A stretch of 64,000 nt of DNA from an uncultured Candidatus Saccharibacteria bacterium (GCA_964597675.1 CAZQYV010000004.1:5590-69589), one strand, 5' to 3'; numbered from the stretch's first letter, positions 1 through 10,204 are shown. Program-made: numbers and translations. Notes: generated by a model not told the origin, from the sequence alone.

Positions 1-69
1 ACGATTGATTTTTCGATACTTTTGTCACAGTGGGGAACAGTAGGTCTACGTTAGCGACATATAAATTAT

Positions 70-957
70 ATGAGCAGATCAAAAATACAACACATCATAA
101 TATTCTCACAATTATTAATTGCCTTTTTTGGATTTGTCTCATCTGCCAAAGCACTAACTGTATATGTTGATCAACCAAAAGGTGTTGTGCGAGCAGGGGA
201 CACGGTTTTAGTAAAGGTAGTCGTTGATACGGGAGATAAAGAGATAAATGCTGTCGAGGGTTCGATACGATTGTCAGATAATGTAAAAATACGAGGTGTC
301 GAGACTGGAGGATCTGTTTTTAGTATGTGGCCTGTTTACCCAGCTTATCAAAATGGTGTGATACATTTTGCTGGCGGTACACCATCTGGTGTGTTTGGTA
401 ATCGTATACACATTTTTTCATTTGCTGTAACGTCTGTGACTACAGGAGAGGTTACTTCACATGTATATGATGCTTCAGTATACCTTGCTGATGGCAAGGG
501 TACACGCGTCAATGTAGAGACACGAGACTCTTCTTTTATAATAAACGAGACATCAACATCACAACGTGATGATTTTACTTCATTACAGAAAAATGATACT
601 ACACCTCCAGAAAAATTTATAATTGAATATACCAAAGATCCAAGCGTATATGGCGGAAAGGCATTTATTAGTTTTGGTACTACAGATAAAGATTCGGGAG
701 TAAATAGATATGAGGTTACTGAAAATGGTGTTGTATATACTGTCAATAATGGAGTATATGTACTTCAGGATGAAAATAATTTACCTAATATTATAGTTAC
801 TGCGGTTGATTCAGCTGGCAACAAAAGATCAGTTGTACACAGCGTAACTTCACCTGACAGAACATATGCTGGTATACTGATATTAGTCGTTATAATATTT
901 ATTATTTACTACTTCTATAATAGAAGAAAGAGATATCATGCTCCTACAGAAATATAA
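70..957 (+). CDS. Cell-surface protein: signal peptide, beta-sandwich (cohesin/Ig-like) N-terminal domain, C-terminal TM anchor followed by a basic tail
   Basis: 295-aa ORF. The N-terminal hydrophobic signal (IIIFSQLLIAFFGFVSSA) is followed by a domain paralogous to the N-terminus of the next ORF, with shared TPP(D/E)xF ... AVDxAGN motifs. The C-terminus is a hydrophobic helix plus RRKRYH. Family assignment is by pattern only. Confidence 0.55.
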   Translation: MSRSKIQHIIIFSQLLIAFFGFVSSAKALTVYVDQPKGVVRAGDTVLVKVVVDTGDKEINAVEGSIRLSDNVKIRGVETGGSVFSMWPVYPAYQNGVIHFAGGTPSGVFGNRIHIFSFAVTSVTTGEVTSHVYDASVYLADGKGTRVNVETRDSSFIINETSTSQRDDFTSLQKNDTTPPEKFIIEYTKDPSVYGGKAFISFGTTDKDSGVNRYEVTENGVVYTVNNGVYVLQDENNLPNIIVTAVDSAGNKRSVVHSVTSPDRTYAGILILVVIIFIIYYFYNRRKRYHAPTEI

Positions 958-2674
958 AAAAATAGTTTTTATTTTCTTTTTGTGTCTAGTTTTTCCATAT
1001 CAATCTATTCATGCTGCATCATTATACATACAACCATCACAAGTCAATGTCGCAGCGGGCAATATAGTTAGTGTCTCAATACTTGTAGACACGTCTGGGC
1101 AAGCAATCAATTCCGCTGATATGACTATTCAGTTTCCGACAGACACACTCGAAGTGATGTCCATTTCTAGAACTGGTTCGATATTTCCAATATGGGTTGA
1201 GGAGCCAACTTTTTCAAACGCACAAGGGACAATATCGGTCAGCGGAGGACTCCCTGCACCAGGATACACAGGGTCAGCCGGTAAAATTGTTAGCATTGTA
1301 TTTACAGCAAAAAAGACCGGCACAGCATCAATTTTGATAAGTTCAGGGTCAATTCGAGCAAATGATGGCCTGGGTACTGATATTCTGACAAATAAAGGAT
1401 CTGCACAAGTTAACCTTGTTGCAGGTACAAAAGAAGTTGTTCAACCTAAAACTACTCAAGCAGCACCTACGTCAGTCACAAGTACATCTGCTCCGGTAAT
1501 TCAATCATCGAGCCATCCAGATCAAACAAAGTGGTATGGATTGAGAAATGTATCGGTTAGTTGGGATATACCACAGGGTGCAACAGCAATGAAAGTATCA
1601 TTAGATTCTCAAGCTAAAACAATCCCGGATGAGGATAGTCCTGTTGTATCGAGCAAGCAATTTACTGACGTTTCTGATGGAGTACGATATGTTCACGTGA
1701 GATTCCGTACGGCTTCAGGTTGGGGACAGACAGGACATCTTAAAGTGCAAATCGATGCTACGCCACCTGATCCATTTTCGATTAAATTTCCGCATGAGGC
1801 AACAAGCAGTGACCCTCGTCCCGTGATGCTTTTTAACACATCTGATAAAACTTCTGGTGTTGCCTATTACAATATCAAGATAGGTGATAAGGATTATATG
1901 TATATCGATCCGACATTAGTGACATCAAATCCATACACACCACCACCACAAAACCCTGGGCCGCATGAAGTCATTGTCGAGGCGGTTGATCGAGCTGGAA
2001 ATATATCGACAAATAAGGCGGGTTTTGAAATTGAAGCGATTACCGCACCAACAATCACATATTATACAGATGAGTTTGTTGAGGGAGATATATTGAAGGT
2101 TCGTGGAATTACTTATCCACTCGCTCAAGTTGAACTTATCTTACGTGACAAAAATAATAATACATATCAAGATTTTGCAAAAGCAAATTTAAGTGGTGAT
2201 TTTAGTATTGTATGGGCAAAACATGTTCCAGCAGGCACCTACAAGATGACCGCTATAGCGACAGACAGTCGAAATGCAAAAAGTCTTGAGACAGCACCGC
2301 TAACTGTTGTGGTTAGTAGTAAGCCACTTTTTGTCCTTGGTAAAATCATCGTAACATACACAAGTATTATTGTGTTTATTATATTCTGTTCACTACTTGT
2401 TTTCTTTGGGGCATGGTATATGTGGACAAAATTCAGATTATACAGAGCACGGATTAAAAATGAAATTGATGAAGTTGACCAGACCATACATAAAGCATTT
2501 GCATTATTGAGTCAGGACCTGGAGACAGAGATCAAGGCGCTAGAAAAGGTAAAACGTAAGAGAAGTCTGACTACAGAAGAGGAACGTATTATAAAAAGAT
2601 TCAGAAAGAGCTTTGCTGATGCAGAAAAGGTTCTCGAAAAGGAACTAAATGATATAGAGAAGGAGATGTTTTAG
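938..2674 (+). CDS. Cell-surface protein, paralog of the preceding gene, with a C-terminal TM helix and cytoplasmic coiled-coil tail
   Basis: 578-aa ORF overlapping the previous stop by 20 nt. It has a signal peptide and a cohesin-like block (SILVDTSGQAINSADMTIQFPTDTLEV...GKIVSIVFTAKKTGTASI). It shares the DATPPDPF ... VEAVDRAGN motifs with ORF 70-957. The TM segment lies near aa 470-495, followed by a K/E-rich tail. Confidence 0.6.
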   Translation: MLLQKYKKIVFIFFLCLVFPYQSIHAASLYIQPSQVNVAAGNIVSVSILVDTSGQAINSADMTIQFPTDTLEVMSISRTGSIFPIWVEEPTFSNAQGTISVSGGLPAPGYTGSAGKIVSIVFTAKKTGTASILISSGSIRANDGLGTDILTNKGSAQVNLVAGTKEVVQPKTTQAAPTSVTSTSAPVIQSSSHPDQTKWYGLRNVSVSWDIPQGATAMKVSLDSQAKTIPDEDSPVVSSKQFTDVSDGVRYVHVRFRTASGWGQTGHLKVQIDATPPDPFSIKFPHEATSSDPRPVMLFNTSDKTSGVAYYNIKIGDKDYMYIDPTLVTSNPYTPPPQNPGPHEVIVEAVDRAGNISTNKAGFEIEAITAPTITYYTDEFVEGDILKVRGITYPLAQVELILRDKNNNTYQDFAKANLSGDFSIVWAKHVPAGTYKMTAIATDSRNAKSLETAPLTVVVSSKPLFVLGKIIVTYTSIIVFIIFCSLLVFFGAWYMWTKFRLYRARIKNEIDEVDQTIHKAFALLSQDLETEIKALEKVKRKRSLTTEEERIIKRFRKSFADAEKVLEKELNDIEKEMF

Positions 2675-2714
2675 GCCAACATATCATCACACTTTTTGGA
2701 TCACAAACTATTTA

Positions 2715-3506
2715 CTAATAGTATCGTTTGATGTTTTTCTTGTGCTCATCATATGTTTTTGCACAATGAATTACACCTTTTTTATCGTGTAAGTAAAACA
2801 TACATGAGGTTTTTTGTGGGTTGTATGCTGCCTCTATAGCCGCAAGGCCAGGACTTGCAATAGGTGATGGTGGAAGCTCCGTGTACATGTATGTATTGTA
2901 TGGAGAGTCAATATATTTGTCTTTTGGGTCAACCTGTGGCCACCAATCACCTTCGTTGCCTTTTGCGTATTGGAGCGTGGCATCCATTTGTAGTTTCATG
3001 CCCTGGAAAATTCGATTCCAGATAATTCCCGAAATAAGACGCATGTCATTTTTGCCACCCGCCTCTCGTTGAATAATAGATGCTATCTTTAGTGCTGTCT
3101 CCTCGTTAATTATTTTTGTTGCCTTAGTTTTAGGTATATTTTTTGTTTGTTTTTTAAATTCGTTAACCATAATCCCACTGACTGCAAGTGGCTCATCGTC
3201 CTTATGGATCATATAACTTTTTGGGAAATAGTATCCTTCAAGATTTGTACGGTTGACAGCAATGTGAGCGTTTATAAAATCTCGCTTTTCTTTATCATCC
3301 CACCCCAGTTTTGAGCCAACAACGTCTGCTATTTCTTCTTTGCGGAGACCCTCTTGTATTTTTATTATGCGGACAGATGGATTGGCGAGGTTTTCATAAA
3401 AAGAAAGGGTCGCGAGGACGTCCCAGTCGAAGCCGTAATAACGGACAATACCACATAGCCCTCCTGCAACACACACAAAAAGGAATATAATTGTTTTCCA
3501 TTTCAT
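2715..3506 (-). CDS. mltG: Endolytic murein transglycosylase MltG (YceG-like), copy 1
   Basis: The C-terminal DSPYNTYMYTELPPSPIASPGLAAIEAA...YFYLHDKKGVIHCAKTYDEHKKN matches the YceG/MltG signature. The start was moved to the internal Met (MKWKTIIFLFVCVAGG, a TM anchor) because the upstream 21 codons look non-coding and would overlap the next gene. Confidence 0.75.
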   Translation of the reverse strand: MKWKTIIFLFVCVAGGLCGIVRYYGFDWDVLATLSFYENLANPSVRIIKIQEGLRKEEIADVVGSKLGWDDKEKRDFINAHIAVNRTNLEGYYFPKSYMIHKDDEPLAVSGIMVNEFKKQTKNIPKTKATKIINEETALKIASIIQREAGGKNDMRLISGIIWNRIFQGMKLQMDATLQYAKGNEGDWWPQVDPKDKYIDSPYNTYMYTELPPSPIASPGLAAIEAAYNPQKTSCMFYLHDKKGVIHCAKTYDEHKKNIKRYY

Positions 3507-3562
3507 ACTTGATTCTAGTATATCATATAGTATATGATAGGCGAATAACTCAATAATATAGT

Positions 3563-3787
3563 ATGTCAATCAAAACCTTTTTAATGAAAAAAATGCTTGC
3601 TTCACAGATGAAGGGTGTGCCACAGGCAGAGCAGGAAAAAATATTTACAATGATTGAAAAGAATCCAGATCTTTTTCAGAAAATTGGCAGTGAAGTGCAA
3701 GAAGAAATGAAAAAAGGCAAGGACCAGATGGCAGCAACGATGGAGGTGGTAAAGAGATACGAGTCTGATTTAAAAAAACTGGTCTAA
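3563..3787 (+). CDS. Hypothetical small charged helical protein (74 aa)
   Basis: The ORF has coding-like K/E-rich composition. There is no recognisable family and the SD is weak. Confidence 0.35.
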   Translation: MSIKTFLMKKMLASQMKGVPQAEQEKIFTMIEKNPDLFQKIGSEVQEEMKKGKDQMAATMEVVKRYESDLKKLV

Positions 3788-3823
3788 TTGTCCACATATT
3801 CTACATAGATTTTATTTGTTTTT

Positions 3824-4360
3824 ATGTTGCTATGTTATACTTATAGCATCATGGAAGAAAACATATATAACAATCCTCCACAATCACACAAATTGCGTAC
3901 AGCGCTATTACTGCTGACGTTTGTTGGCGCGATTGTAGGAGCGTACTCATATTTTTATCCACAACTTCGAAAAGAAATCACACCGGCACCTACTGTCGAG
4001 AAGCTTGCAGTAGATTTAGTCTCTAATGATCGTGGTCAAATACCTGTAGCATTTCCAAAGACTCTGGTTACAGAGAAAAACATTCGTGTGCTCGATAGTT
4101 ATGTTGCTACCACTCCACAAGGTGTAGAGCAGTCTACATTTCGATATATGTCTTCGATGAATTTTAAGCAAAATGTTGATTATTTTACACAGTATCTACA
4201 GAAAAATAAGTGGTCATATGTTACCCAGTCAAATGGTTTAGAATCTGCATCAATGGTTTACACAAAACAGATGGGTGGGACTATAACTATTAATATTAGT
4301 AAGAATCAATCATTACAGGCATATGTCGTAGATGTCACAATGGAAGTGTTAAAAAAATAA
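3824..4360 (+). CDS. Hypothetical membrane-anchored protein
   Basis: 178-aa ORF with a single TM segment (LLLLTFVGAIVGAYSYFY) and a soluble C-terminal domain. The alternative start is Met10 (nt 3851). Confidence 0.45.
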   Translation: MLLCYTYSIMEENIYNNPPQSHKLRTALLLLTFVGAIVGAYSYFYPQLRKEITPAPTVEKLAVDLVSNDRGQIPVAFPKTLVTEKNIRVLDSYVATTPQGVEQSTFRYMSSMNFKQNVDYFTQYLQKNKWSYVTQSNGLESASMVYTKQMGGTITINISKNQSLQAYVVDVTMEVLKK

Positions 4361-4364
4361 TACT

Positions 4365-7109
4365 ATGAAAAGAATTCTAATTATATGTTCATTTCTTTTT
4401 GCAATATCAATACCTGTAGCATATGCCGGGCAGATATTGTTTCAAATAAATTCTGCACCTGCTTATGGGTACACCGCATCATGTAATGCGCCGTATGACG
4501 ATGCTACAACTCAATGTATGCAACGAGGTGGAACTATTGGTGGAGGCTCTCCTATTGTTTATTATACACTTATGGGTCAGGCATGTGGTAATGGTAATAC
4601 CTCACTTGCCAACACTCATTCATGCAGTACTGCATATAGAAATAGCCAAGGTATGTGTGGGCAAGACTGCCTTGGAACACTAACCTATAATGGTGAATTG
4701 CTCAGCGCGTCTTCTTGTTCATTATCTGGCACCCCACCAACAGCATCATATAGTTGTCAGTTCTTCGGCGCTTGCCAGGTAGTTGTATATCCAGGAAATG
4801 ATTTTTGGGCATTTGTACCAAGTAGTGCGTGCACGACTGGAGGCGGTGGCAGTACTGGCTTCGCGTTAGGAGTTACACCATTACTCCGTACAATTAATCA
4901 GGGAGATACGACAACATATTCAGTGAATATATACAACCAATATTCAGGTACATTAAACCTATCAGTCACTGGATGTCCTCCTGGTGCATCATGTACGTTT
5001 TCAAGTTCTGCCCCAGTATTTACATCTGTTCCAACTGATGACAACATGACATTAACTTTGACAGTTTCAAACACATCCTCAATTCCATCAAATTTATATA
5101 CACTTAATGTTTCTGGGGTTACCAACAGTGTGACTGCAAATGCGGCCCCTGTACAGTTGCAGGTTAATTCTCTTCCTCCAAGTAATCCAGTCAACCCAAC
5201 AGGGACATCAAGTTCAGCTGCTGGTAATGCTGCTAGTTGTGCAAGTGTCAACTTGTCATGGGGAGCATCGACGGGTGGTTCCGGTGCTATCACATATACT
5301 ATTTTCAGAAATACAGTGAATTCAGCATTGAGTGCAACTCAAATTACAAATGGTTTGTCGGCAACCACATATACAAACTCATCGATCGCCGCCTCGACAT
5401 CATATTATTATTGGGTACAAGCAGTGTCTGGTGGTCAGACTAGTAGCATGGTTCCTTTTGGAGTTATCACAACCCCAGCATGTAGTGTCGCAGGTACCGC
5501 GCCTACCGTTTCTTTGAGTAGTAATCCAAGCGGTGGTACAGCACCAATGACGAGTACGATCACATGGACAACAAGCAATAGCCCGACATCATGTACCGCA
5601 AGTGGCGCTTGGTCTGGGTCAAAGACAACAAGTGGTGGTAGTCAGTCGGTTACAGGTATTCCTGCAGGTAGTAATACGTTCACGTTGTCGTGTACAAATG
5701 CATATGGTACAGGCTCTGCAAGTACAAATGTCACTGCTATTGCTGCTGATGCAGGTGCGCCCACAGTTACGGTCACTGCAAATCCAACATCTGGAGCAGT
5801 TGGTATGTCTACCATGGTTACATGGACAACAACAAACAGCCCAACAACGTGTACTGCATTTGATGACTGGTCAGGTGCAAAAGCGGTGGGCGGTGGAAGT
5901 CAGGTTATAACCAATCTTTCCAGTGGCGTTAAGAGATTTTCTATTCAATGTACAAATGCAAATGGTGGTTCCGTGGGAAGTGCGACTGTGACTGTTGGTA
6001 GTTCACCTACAACACCCACCGCTACGATTTCAGTTTCTCCATCTACTATTACGACTGGCAGTAACACAACGGTTATTTGGTCATCAACAAACTCAACTTC
6101 GTGTACTGCTTCTGGTGGTTGGTCAGGAACAAAAGCTGTCTCTGGTTCAGAAATTATGTATGGCCTTACGACAGATACAACCTATACAATAAACTGTACA
6201 AATGGAGTAACAAACAGTGGACCAATTTCTACGACTGTAACTGTTGTTCCTGTACAGGGTCAGTGTGGAGCCTATCCATATTATGGTTTTATATATGGAC
6301 CAACGGGAAATATACCAATTAACAGTAATTTCCAGGTGACCTGTGACTCAGGTATTGGTAATTATTTACCAAATAATCCTCCTCCAATTGTTGATAATCC
6401 ATATGTAGATGGTCATTGTACATTTTCAAACTGGAATGGTACTGGTGCTGTTTACAATTGTACTGCCCCAAGTAATCCTACTCGACAATGGATGACCTGT
6501 GGATGGAATAATTTACCAAGTCTCCCACAATGTACGACCGGAATGTTTTTGTACTACGGTAATACTGCGGACCCAATTGTTCCAACTCTTATAATAACTC
6601 CATCTTCTGGATCTGGTCCGTTTACATTTAGTTGGACTGTCTCTGGTGGTGCAACAGAATGTTCCGCATATGGTGATGGTTCTACATCATGGTCTGGATA
6701 CAAGAATCCTTTGAGTGGTAGTGAATCTGGTAAAACAATAACTGCAGGAACACACACATTTAGATTAGATTGTTTTGATACTAATCCATCGTATCAACGC
6801 TCTGGAAGTGGTAGCGCTACTGTCACTGTGTCTGGTGCATCAACTTCATATACACTCAATGTTTCCAAGACAATCGGTGGGTCAGTTAAGAGTGCTGATT
6901 CATTTATCAACTGTGGTGCTGCCTGTGCAAAGAGTTACAACCAGGGAACCGCAGTAACACTCAACGCGTATCCAGATTCAACCCAGTGGAAATTTGCTGG
7001 ATGGACAGGGGATTGTTCTGGAACAGGCACCTGTAACTTGATTATGAATGCAGCAAAATCTGTTAAAGCACTCTTTATTCTTCGGCCTCTGCTATATCAA
7101 GAATTTTAA
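4365..7109 (+). CDS. Large secreted Cys/Ser/Thr-rich surface protein with an FN3-like domain, three tandem ~84-aa Ig-like repeats and a C-terminal InlB B-repeat-like domain
   Basis: 914-aa ORF with a signal peptide (ILIICSFLFAISIPVAYAG). The FN3-like block is ITYTIFRNT...YYYWVQAVSGG. Three tandem repeats carry conserved TWTT(S/T)NSPT(S/T)CTA...SG(S/A)K...C(T/N)N. The C-terminal YTLNVSKTIGGSVKSADSFINCGAACAKSYNQGTAVTLNAYPDSTQWKFAGWTGDCSGTGTCNLIMNAAKSVKALF matches the InlB B-repeat pattern. Confidence 0.7.
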   Translation: MKRILIICSFLFAISIPVAYAGQILFQINSAPAYGYTASCNAPYDDATTQCMQRGGTIGGGSPIVYYTLMGQACGNGNTSLANTHSCSTAYRNSQGMCGQDCLGTLTYNGELLSASSCSLSGTPPTASYSCQFFGACQVVVYPGNDFWAFVPSSACTTGGGGSTGFALGVTPLLRTINQGDTTTYSVNIYNQYSGTLNLSVTGCPPGASCTFSSSAPVFTSVPTDDNMTLTLTVSNTSSIPSNLYTLNVSGVTNSVTANAAPVQLQVNSLPPSNPVNPTGTSSSAAGNAASCASVNLSWGASTGGSGAITYTIFRNTVNSALSATQITNGLSATTYTNSSIAASTSYYYWVQAVSGGQTSSMVPFGVITTPACSVAGTAPTVSLSSNPSGGTAPMTSTITWTTSNSPTSCTASGAWSGSKTTSGGSQSVTGIPAGSNTFTLSCTNAYGTGSASTNVTAIAADAGAPTVTVTANPTSGAVGMSTMVTWTTTNSPTTCTAFDDWSGAKAVGGGSQVITNLSSGVKRFSIQCTNANGGSVGSATVTVGSSPTTPTATISVSPSTITTGSNTTVIWSSTNSTSCTASGGWSGTKAVSGSEIMYGLTTDTTYTINCTNGVTNSGPISTTVTVVPVQGQCGAYPYYGFIYGPTGNIPINSNFQVTCDSGIGNYLPNNPPPIVDNPYVDGHCTFSNWNGTGAVYNCTAPSNPTRQWMTCGWNNLPSLPQCTTGMFLYYGNTADPIVPTLIITPSSGSGPFTFSWTVSGGATECSAYGDGSTSWSGYKNPLSGSESGKTITAGTHTFRLDCFDTNPSYQRSGSGSATVTVSGASTSYTLNVSKTIGGSVKSADSFINCGAACAKSYNQGTAVTLNAYPDSTQWKFAGWTGDCSGTGTCNLIMNAAKSVKALFILRPLLYQEF
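5499..6255 (+). repeat. Three in-frame tandem coding repeats (~258, 255 and 243 nt) inside the surface-protein gene
   Basis: The repeat units begin APTVSLSSNPSGG, APTVTVTANPTSG and TPTATISVSPSTI. Each contains TW(T/S)(T/S)TNS(P)T(S/T)CTA ... WSG(S/A/T)K ... (F/Y)(T/S)(L/I)(S/Q/N)CTN. Confidence 0.7.
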
Positions 7110-7164
7110 AGGAGATACGAAAAAAGCGGGCCCGATTGGGGTCCGCTTTTCATATTGAAAGGAC

Positions 7165-9237
7165 TCACTCCACAGTCTTTGGAGACGGTGGGGGATTTGT
7201 ATTGAACCAAAATACTCTCTCTGGCGGAGCAAACTTGATGTTGCTCCCATACCAGATTGTCTCCGGCATTACGAACTTGATTCGTTCAAGTCCTGGACGC
7301 TCGTCAGAGATGATCTCGTACTTCACCTCACGGTCGTCGATCGTGAGGACAAACTTTTCGGTCCCTCGACCGGTTACCCAACCTACGAGAGTATCGCCAG
7401 CATTCACTGGGTTGTCGCCCGTTACGAGCCCTTTCTCGTTAGCAACGAGAAAGTAGGTAGCATCATCTGGCAGACGTAGGAAAGTTGGTGCTGACGCGAC
7501 GATCTCTGTAGAGAAAGGCTTCGATCGGTTGATTAAAGCACCTTCAGTAGAGACCTTTTCAACGATCAGGTTGTGCTTTCCGAGCGAGATGTCGCTCGGC
7601 ATAACAAACGTAATTGTCGAACCACTCTCATTCGTCTTCACAGACTGCAGTGTGGAGGCGATACCTCCGACACGCACAATGCATCCAGTAATGCAAAGAT
7701 CTTGACCCTTGAGGATCATTATCTTGTTCGGTGCAGGGGACTCGACCTCACCGTACATAGAGACGATTTCTGAGATCGTTCCGACACGATAGAGTGGATC
7801 AGCGGAGACGACCAGAGTCATTTTTTCAGACTCAATCGTTTCTGAGATGTTTTTCAATCTCACGACAATAGTGTACTCACCCGGCTCGATTGGAGCCATG
7901 AAAGTGACCATACCGTTTTCGACAGTCGTTGGCACCTCAATGCCATCGACAAGGATTGTTGTCGTCGCTTTTTCAGCAACGAGCCCGACACCCATGACAA
8001 CCACAAGTGCCTCTGGGGCAACAGTGCCAAGGGTCTCAACCTTCGGCACCAAGAGTGGCGGAAGTGGTGGCAGAGAAATCTTGACCACCTTATCCTTGGT
8101 GCTGTCTTTTGGATCAGCAACAAGGATGTAAGTGGACCCTATGGCATCAATGGATGCCCAAAAGGGGTTCACCGCGGACTTCACAATTCCCGGTATCGTG
8201 GTTGGTCCGTAGACCGTCCAAGACTCCTTGGTCTCGATATCGAGAAGAACGAAGGAATCAGATTTCCCAGGAATCTCGATGCCGAGATACTCGTTCACAG
8301 CCAATAAGGTGTACGAGCCCCTTAGGGCGATAGGTCGCAGGTTCCAGCGCGTTGCGCTGTAAACTTCCTTCGGGCTGCCATCGGTAAGCACCACAACGTG
8401 GTACTTACCATCCTTATCCTTGTAACTAGCAATTCCTTGCCAGTTATCGGGGTCAAAGGCTAGATCACAACATACTGCAGTTGTGACCTTTGCGGGGCGC
8501 GACGAAGATAGTAAGACTGTTGAATCGCCGTTAGACGAAATTCGCACAATCTCTGTTTCAGTTGTCTGTGGGTTACGCGGAGACCTTTCCGCAAGAAATG
8601 TCCCAGATTTTTCCCGCCAGACCTGGATGAGTTGGAATTCTGGATCAGTGAGGATGAGTTCCTCGTTCAGTGCGCAAGCGAGCGATGCGGGATTCTCCTT
8701 GAATGAGTAAATCCCAACATCGCCTATCATGGCCAGTCCAGTGTAGTACACCTTCCCATCGAGGGAAGGAAACTCGCCATGAAATTCATCCAAAGCGAGA
8801 TTATTCATTGTTCCGATGCACGGATTGAACGTGCGTTCTGGCGACATCCGTGTTGCCGTATGGTTGGAGGCAGCGTATGCGGGCACCTTTTTATACGGGA
8901 ACCCAACGGATGAATACACCATGGTTCCCAAAGTAGGTAATGTCGTCTGGAGGATGGTTCCATCCTCTGCCGTCTTTTCAATCGGCGGCGGGACTATTAG
9001 AGGGAATCCATTCTGTACTTGTGGCACAGACCACACTTTTTTTTGTGGGTCATATCTCATACCCATAAAGTTGGGATACGTTGCCATGATTGCAATTTCT
9101 CCATTGGAGGTCGCAACCAGAAACTGAATGTAATTACTTGAGTGGCTCGGCAGGGCAGGCAACGTCTCGACGACGAGGCCTTGACCGCTACACACAACCA
9201 CCCACAAAACAATTGAGAGAATGATTTTCCAGGTCAT
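7165..9237 (-). CDS. Secreted protein with an N-terminal beta-rich region and three C-terminal IPT/TIG-like Ig domains
   Basis: 690-aa ORF with a signal peptide (MTWKIILSIVLWVVVCSGQG). C-terminal Ig-like blocks include TTILVDGIEVP...GEYTIVVRL, IMILKGQDLCITGC...HNLIVEKVS and DTLVGWVTGRGTEKFVLTIDDREV. G+C is visibly higher than in flanking housekeeping genes. Confidence 0.6.
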   Translation of the reverse strand: MTWKIILSIVLWVVVCSGQGLVVETLPALPSHSSNYIQFLVATSNGEIAIMATYPNFMGMRYDPQKKVWSVPQVQNGFPLIVPPPIEKTAEDGTILQTTLPTLGTMVYSSVGFPYKKVPAYAASNHTATRMSPERTFNPCIGTMNNLALDEFHGEFPSLDGKVYYTGLAMIGDVGIYSFKENPASLACALNEELILTDPEFQLIQVWREKSGTFLAERSPRNPQTTETEIVRISSNGDSTVLLSSSRPAKVTTAVCCDLAFDPDNWQGIASYKDKDGKYHVVVLTDGSPKEVYSATRWNLRPIALRGSYTLLAVNEYLGIEIPGKSDSFVLLDIETKESWTVYGPTTIPGIVKSAVNPFWASIDAIGSTYILVADPKDSTKDKVVKISLPPLPPLLVPKVETLGTVAPEALVVVMGVGLVAEKATTTILVDGIEVPTTVENGMVTFMAPIEPGEYTIVVRLKNISETIESEKMTLVVSADPLYRVGTISEIVSMYGEVESPAPNKIMILKGQDLCITGCIVRVGGIASTLQSVKTNESGSTITFVMPSDISLGKHNLIVEKVSTEGALINRSKPFSTEIVASAPTFLRLPDDATYFLVANEKGLVTGDNPVNAGDTLVGWVTGRGTEKFVLTIDDREVKYEIISDERPGLERIKFVMPETIWYGSNIKFAPPERVFWFNTNPPPSPKTVE

Positions 9238-9579
9238 TCGTTCGTTTCCCCTTTATAAAGACGTATTGTTCAATACAAATATGTAAAAGAACTTATGCCC
9301 CGAATTATACATCATATTTATAAATTTGTACAGCATATTATCCACACCCCTATGCTATAGTCATATTTCGTTATATATTGAATATATGTCACTATCCATC
9401 GGTATGGTGTGAACGCAGCACGACATTACCTCGGCGAGATAGGTTCCAAGTCTATTCCATTTATGTTTACTATCAAGCTACCTCCAGCACAAAAGTTATT
9501 TGGGAATAAGTAAGGGGTGGGAGGGGGAGGAAAAACGACCCCCCGTGCCTTTATACGAGGTAACAATGTATGGACCTTC

Positions 9580-9609
9580 AAAAAAAAGCCCGATCTCTAC
9601 GACCGGGCT
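9580..9609 (-). terminator. Intrinsic terminator (minus strand) after the DUF5680-like gene
   Basis: The minus-strand reading is AGCCCGGTCGTAGAGATCGGGCT followed by TTTTTTTT: a 6-bp GC stem, 11-nt loop and 8-T run, immediately 3' of the stop at 9639. Confidence 0.7.
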
Positions 9610-9638
9610 ACCTATATTTTGTCAGCTCTAGATTTTGT

Positions 9639-10112
9639 TTACGAAAGTTCGTCAATGAGACCGCCGTGGAATCTGGCATAATAAACTATCTCATTTTTGT
9701 AATAGATGAATTCCTCGCCCGAAAACTGGGAGAGATCGCCATCCATATGGCTTTCGTAAGTGAACACTTCCGTAGTCCAGTAATTCGGACCGCGAAACGG
9801 AGTACCGTCTTCGACACCAACCCGGAGAGCTTTCTTGAGAAAGCTGTACACTGACTTATGGTCCATGCCTTCTTTGGTAACACCTCCGTAGTAATTCATA
9901 CCCCAAACAGTCTGGTTAACAATCCTAACAATTTCTTCGCCGATAAATCGACGACCGCCGTAGTAGGAGTCAAGATACAACCACCCGGATTTGTAATGTT
10001 GAAAATCGATTGAACCCGGTCTGCTCGGCATAACCGGTCTGCTTGAATTGGAGGCATAGGTATTGGCATGTGCTTCCACCAAAAAACGTTTGAGTGTTTC
10101 CAGATCTATCAT
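9639..10112 (-). CDS. DUF5680-like protein
   Basis: MIDLETLKRFLVEAHANTYAS...YLDSYYGGRRFIGEEIV...WGMNYYGG resembles the DUF5680 family, recalled from memory. The start was set at the internal Met; the 39 codons upstream are AT-rich and contain the complement of the neighbouring gene's SD. Higher G+C. Confidence 0.5.
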   Translation of the reverse strand: MIDLETLKRFLVEAHANTYASNSSRPVMPSRPGSIDFQHYKSGWLYLDSYYGGRRFIGEEIVRIVNQTVWGMNYYGGVTKEGMDHKSVYSFLKKALRVGVEDGTPFRGPNYWTTEVFTYESHMDGDLSQFSGEEFIYYKNEIVYYARFHGGLIDELS

Positions 10113-10162
10113 TTTGACCGCCTTTCTGAGGTTTATATAACCATATTTTTGTATGTATTGCA

Positions 10163-10204
10163 ATAGTTCGTAAAATATGGTTATATAGTGGCGGAGGTAA
10201 CTGT
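10163..10204 (+). promoter_or_regulatory. Conserved promoter(-10)/SD motif, copy 1: cGTAAAATATGgTTaTAtagTGgCGGAGGTAA
   Basis: About 24 of 31 nt are identical to 12765-12795. It contains a TAAAAT -10-like hexamer and a GGAGG SD 8 nt before the ATG of gene 10205. It sits in a divergent intergenic region. Confidence 0.4.

Noticed and set aside
4898-6322. Several 60-130-aa ORFs (4898-5293-, 5602-5910+, 5995-6192+, 6077-6322+ and others) inside the large surface-protein gene.
   Set aside because: They are antisense or out-of-frame readings of the Thr/Ser/Gly-rich repeat region (Q/L/V-rich nonsense). There are no SDs.
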